Part shown: one piece after another, positions 35,888 through 40,052 of the stretch
Numbering within the stretch: the first letter of the stretch is position 1
How the letters are laid out: each line of letters starts with the position of its first letter
Assembly: GCF_001194135.2 (NCBI RefSeq)
Contig: NC_068984.1
Coordinates: 113,605,780-113,645,831, forward strand
Direction of reading: 5' to 3'
Source: Octopus bimaculoides
Taxonomy: Eukaryota
Length of the DNA: 40,052 bases
The notes under the pieces: generated by a model
What the model saw: only the letters and a program-made list of their open reading frames with translations
What the model was told of the DNA's origin: nothing
The model's database searches: none
Position numbers and translations under genes: made by a program

Positions 35888-36559
35888 NNNNNNNNNNNNN
35901 NNNNNNNNNNNNNNNNNNNNNNNNNNNNNNNNNNNNNNNNNNNNNNNNNNNNNNNNNNNNNNNNNNNNNNNNNNNNNNNNNNNNNNNNNNNNNNNNNNNN
36001 NNNNNNNNNNNNNNNNNNNNNNNNNNNNNNNNNNNNNNNNNNNNNNNNNNNNNNNNNNNNNNNNNNNNNNNNNNNNNNNNNNNNNNNNNNNNNNNNNNNN
36101 NNNNNNNNNNNNNNNNNNNNNNNNNNNNNNNNNNNNNNNNNNNNNNNNNNNNNNNNNNNNNNNNNNNNNNNNNNNNNNNNNNNNNNNNNNNNNNNNNNNN
36201 NNNNNNNNNNNNNNNNNNNNNNNNNNNNNNNNNNNNNNNNNNNNNNNNNNNNNNNNNNNNNNNNNNNNNNNNNNNNNNNNNNNNNNNNNNNNNNNNNNNN
36301 NNNNNNNNNNNNNNNNNNNNNNNNNNNNNNNNNNNNNNNNNNNNNNNNNNNNNNNNNNNNNNNNNNNNNNNNNNNNNNNNNNNNNNNNNNNNNNNNNNNN
36401 NNNNNNNNNNNNNNNNNNNNNNNNNNNNNNNNNNNNNNNNNNNNNNNNNNNNNNNNNNNNNNNNNNNNNNNNNNNNNNNNNNNNNNNNNNNNNNNNNNNN
36501 NNNNNNNNNNNNNNNNNNNNNNNNNNNNNNNNNNNNNNNNNNNNNNNNNNNNNNNNNNN

Positions 36560-36632
36560 TATATATATATATATATATATATACATATATATATTATTGT
36601 TGTTGTTGTTGTTGTTGTTGTTGTCGTCATCG
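36560..36632. repeat. (TA)n/(TTG)n microsatellite
   Basis: Read directly from the sequence. Confidence 0.9.
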
Positions 36633-37155
36633 TCTTTGTTTAAACCAGTTTGATGCGGCCCCAGCGCGCCGAGCTCAGGCGTCCGAAGAGAAACATGCAG
36701 GAAGTCCAAATAGGTACTGACAATTGGGCAACTCCTGGTCAAGGCGGGTCATATGGTGTTATTTCAGTGACATCATCTCCACTCAAAAAGAGATCTCAAT
36801 AAGAGTTCCATGGACTGCATGACTGGACAGGAAGCAGGTAGCGTCTCGGTGTCTGGATAGTCTTCGAAGGAACTTAAGTGACACCGAACAGAAGGTCACC
36901 ATGGTTGCGTATGTATGTGTGTGTGTATAAGCCAGTTGTATGAGTGCCGTTATGTGCGTGTATGATTCGTGTACGTGAGCATGTGTGTAAGTTTTGTATA
37001 TCAGCTACGAGGGTATCATTTGTGTACATGCGTGTGTGAATATGTGTTTTGTGTGCATGCGCAAATATATGTGTGCAAATCCTAACATGTATTAGTTTGT
37101 CCAATCACCTGTATAGATCGATATATATGTAGATACTTAGATACATACATACTGT

Positions 37156-38045
37156 ATCCATCTAATCCCTTAATCATTCATGATCACATTTCTTGAATTG
37201 CCACTAAATACAATGGTGTAACGTTATTGTATACATATTAAACACGTTCCTGGAATCTGGTACTTAAATATTCTTTTCTACTCCAGGCACAAAGCCCGAA
37301 ATTTTGGGCAAAGGGGCCAGTCGATTAGATCGACCCCAGTATGCAACCGGTACTTAATTTATCAACCCTGAAAGGATGAAAAGCAAAGTCGAACTCTGAA
37401 CGTAAAGACAAACGAAATACTGGTAAGCATTTCGCCCGGCGTGCTAACATTTCTGCTAGCTCACCGCATTCTGGTATTTAGATATTCTTTTCTACTCTAG
37501 GCACAAGGTCCGAAATTTTGGGGGACGGGGCCAGTCGATTAAATCGATCCCACTACGCAAGTGGCACTAAATTTATCGACCCCGAAGGGCTGAACGGTAA
37601 CGTCGACCTCGTCGGCATTTGAACTCAGAACGTAAAGATAGACGAAATACCGCTAAGCATTTCACCCGGCGTGCTAACGTTTCTGCCAGCTCGCCGCCTT
37701 CTAGTACTTAGATATTGACTCGTAGGGACTCGGTATTTCGGTATGCAACTATAATATACTATAAAGTATATTAAACGTTTTTATAAATCAATACCATGTT
37801 CTACTGTGCTAACAGTGCGCTTTATACTACCTGTTAAGGTTATCGCTACAGATATTGTATAGAAATTATAGCCAGCATTAATATTTGTTACGAAATACCG
37901 TGTACCTACAAGCCATTAATATTTACGTACCAGTTTCCAGGAATGTGTTTAATATCTAAAATTGGTATTTCCAATAACGTTAACCCGTTGTATTTAATGG
38001 CTATTCAAGTAATGTGTTCGTGGATGATTAAGGGGCTAGATAGGT
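37156..38045. mobile_element. foldback element with long imperfect arms, left arm interrupted by a SINE dimer
   Basis: 37156-37272 joined to 37717-~37760 aligns with the reverse complement of ~37865-38045, e.g. CCTTAATCATTCATGATCACATTTCTTGAATTGCCACTAAATAC versus CCTTAATCATCCACGAACACATTACTTGAATAGCCATTAAATAC. Confidence 0.75.
37273..37699 (-). mobile_element. two tandem SINE copies (37273-37469 and 37487-37699)
   Basis: Both copies read CTTTTCTACTC.AGGCACAA...GGGGCCAGTCGATTA.ATCGA...GCATTTC.CCCGGCGTGCTAAC...GCTC.CCGC. Three 17-bp TSD-like repeats bound them. Confidence 0.9.
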
Positions 38046-38254
38046 GCTGATGAAGGACAAAAACTCGTGAAATTTGGCATATACGCTCATTACCCGTTCT
38101 TCATCTTCGATTTCATTGTTTGTTTACATCTGACGTCACGAATACAAAACGCCGTAAAAAAAATCAGTGCTGGTTATAATTTACATACAATATCTGTTGA
38201 GACAACCTTAACAAGTCATTTGGCTCTATGTACGTTTGTATTTAAAATATTTGA

Positions 38255-38525
38255 GTGCACATGGTATAGTTGATAGAGTGTTGCACTCACGACCGCGAGA
38301 TTGTGGATTCGATTCCCGGACAGGACGGTGCGTTATGTTCTTGAGCAAAACACTTCATCTCTCACTGCCATGTGATCACTTCGACGTCGTACGTCCGGAA
38401 CACCGTGCATCTCTATGGCAAATGTGGATTTCGTGGAAGGAGTGAGCTCATGTGTGGCACAAAAAATTGATCGTTATAAACAAACCACGTACGCAGATTG
38501 TTCAGCAAGTAATTGCAGAACTGTC
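38255..38525 (+). mobile_element. tRNA-derived SINE
   Basis: A-box-like TGGTATAGTTG, B-box GGATTCGATTCCC, and core GTTCTTGAGCAAAACACTTCAT. Confidence 0.75.
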
Positions 38526-38634
38526 TCTTCTGGACTCAAGAAACTACCTGATTAAATATTTAGAATATTTCTACCATATTTCTGAATTAATGTCTATATC
38601 AAATAAATTAAGAAAGCTATGGAAGACGGAATTA

Positions 38635-38696
38635 TACGTTTGTATGTATGTATGTATGTATGTATGTATGTATGTATGTATGTATGTATGTATGTA
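38635..38696. repeat. (TATG)n microsatellite
   Basis: Read directly from the sequence. Confidence 0.95.
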
Positions 38697-38889
38697 CTCG
38701 GAGAAAAGAAACTCTATGGCTGAGATAAGAATTATTTCAATATTTCTTATGCCTTTATTTAAGGAGGAGCACATGAGAAATATTCTAGGATTTCGATGAA
38801 AAGAACATACACACATGCACACCCGCTTTGTCACACCCACACAAACTCACACACATACACACAAGAACACACACACAAACATATATATA

Positions 38890-39902
38890 ATGAATAGCCG
38901 ACAACTGATGAAGGGTCGTTCTTTATGTTACTTGACTTGTTTTCCATTTGTTTCTCTCGTTGTTCGCATACCCAAATTTGCCTTCGTATTTCATGTTCTT
39001 TTCGTATTTCGTAATTCATGTTCTCGTATTTCATGTTGTTTGCGTTTTATGACAGCATGTACCCATATATGCATATATATACATATATATGTAAGTATGA
39101 ACATATATGTATGTATATATGCATATATACGTTTTTATTATTTATATTATTATACGATTGAACGCCACGCATCCATTTCTAAGTAAGTTTATCTTAATAA
39201 TTTTTATGCGACTCTACCCTCTACTGTTCTCTCTCTCCCGCTTTCGTTTTCTCTTTCTTCCTTTCTCTAATTCTTTTTTCTCCCCTTCTCCCCCTTTCGT
39301 TTTTTCTCTCTCATCCTTCTTCTAATTCTTTTCCTCTCTCCTTCACTGTTTCTATCAGTGTCTCTCTCTATCCCTCTTCCTCCTTTACTCTCTTTCGCTG
39401 CTCACATGTGACCATCGTCCATCTTTCTTTTCCTTCAGTCTGTTGCACAGACCAAATGCATTCTTATCTCTCTCCTCTTCTATATTTTCTCTTGTCAAAG
39501 ACAATATTCCTCCAGCGTTCGCTACCTTACCTCGCTTGGCCTATCAGCCCTCCATGTTTGTTTTCGTTTGGTTTGTTGTATGTCTCCACTGTTTTGTTAC
39601 CAACTTTGACCTCCGCAAATCACAAATTTGATTTTGGTTCACGCGAGCAACTGTTTTTCAAAGCCTCATATTGTCGTTAATTGTTCGAAATGTTAAGTAG
39701 ATGAACAGCCAACCACTGATGACGGGTCGTTCTTTATGTTACTCGTCTTGTTTTCCATTTGTTTCTCTCGTTGTTCGCATACCCACGTTTGCCTTCGTAT
39801 TTCATGTTGTTTACGTTTTGTGACGTCCTGTACCCATATATGCATATATATGTACATATATATGTAAGTATGTACATATATGTATGTTTATATGCATATA
39901 TA
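38890..39902 (+). repeat. pair of ~200-240-bp direct repeats (38890-39129 and 39701-39902) around a ~570-bp spacer
   Basis: Both begin ATGAA.AGCC.AC.ACTGATGA.GGGTCGTTCTTTATGTTACT and continue to GTACCCATATATGCATATATAT. Copy 1 has an internal CGTATTTCATGTT expansion. Confidence 0.85.
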
Positions 39903-40003
39903 TGTATATATAAATATGTATATATATATATATTAATTATATTATACATGTATATATATATATATACATATATATACATATATATATATACATATATATA
40001 TGC

Positions 40004-40052
<49 letters not shown>
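39903..40052. repeat. (TA)n-rich microsatellite
   Basis: Read directly from the sequence. Confidence 0.95.

Overview
AT-rich eukaryotic non-coding DNA from a gapped draft assembly. It has 11 N-gaps, most flanked by microsatellites. The SINE, MITE and microsatellite content suggests an octopus or other coleoid cephalopod; that is my inference from recalled repeat sequences, not a search result. I could not identify an intact host gene, and most ORF-track entries are artefacts of N-runs or microsatellites. The window is a transposon graveyard: four Tc1/mariner lineages (mariner, a DD36E Tc1-like element, a DD41D element, a Tc2/pogo-type MITE), a hAT transposase relic, a Gypsy-type LTR element, a 164-bp solo LTR with a perfect 5-bp TSD, four R4/Dong-type LINE fragments, many tRNA-derived SINEs, and a degenerate tRNA-Leu gene. 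The most notable element is a ~330-bp foldback at 30576-30905. Its arms each carry a minimal type I hammerhead-ribozyme motif, intact on + and core-mutated on -. Further degenerate hammerhead-like motifs occur elsewhere in the window.
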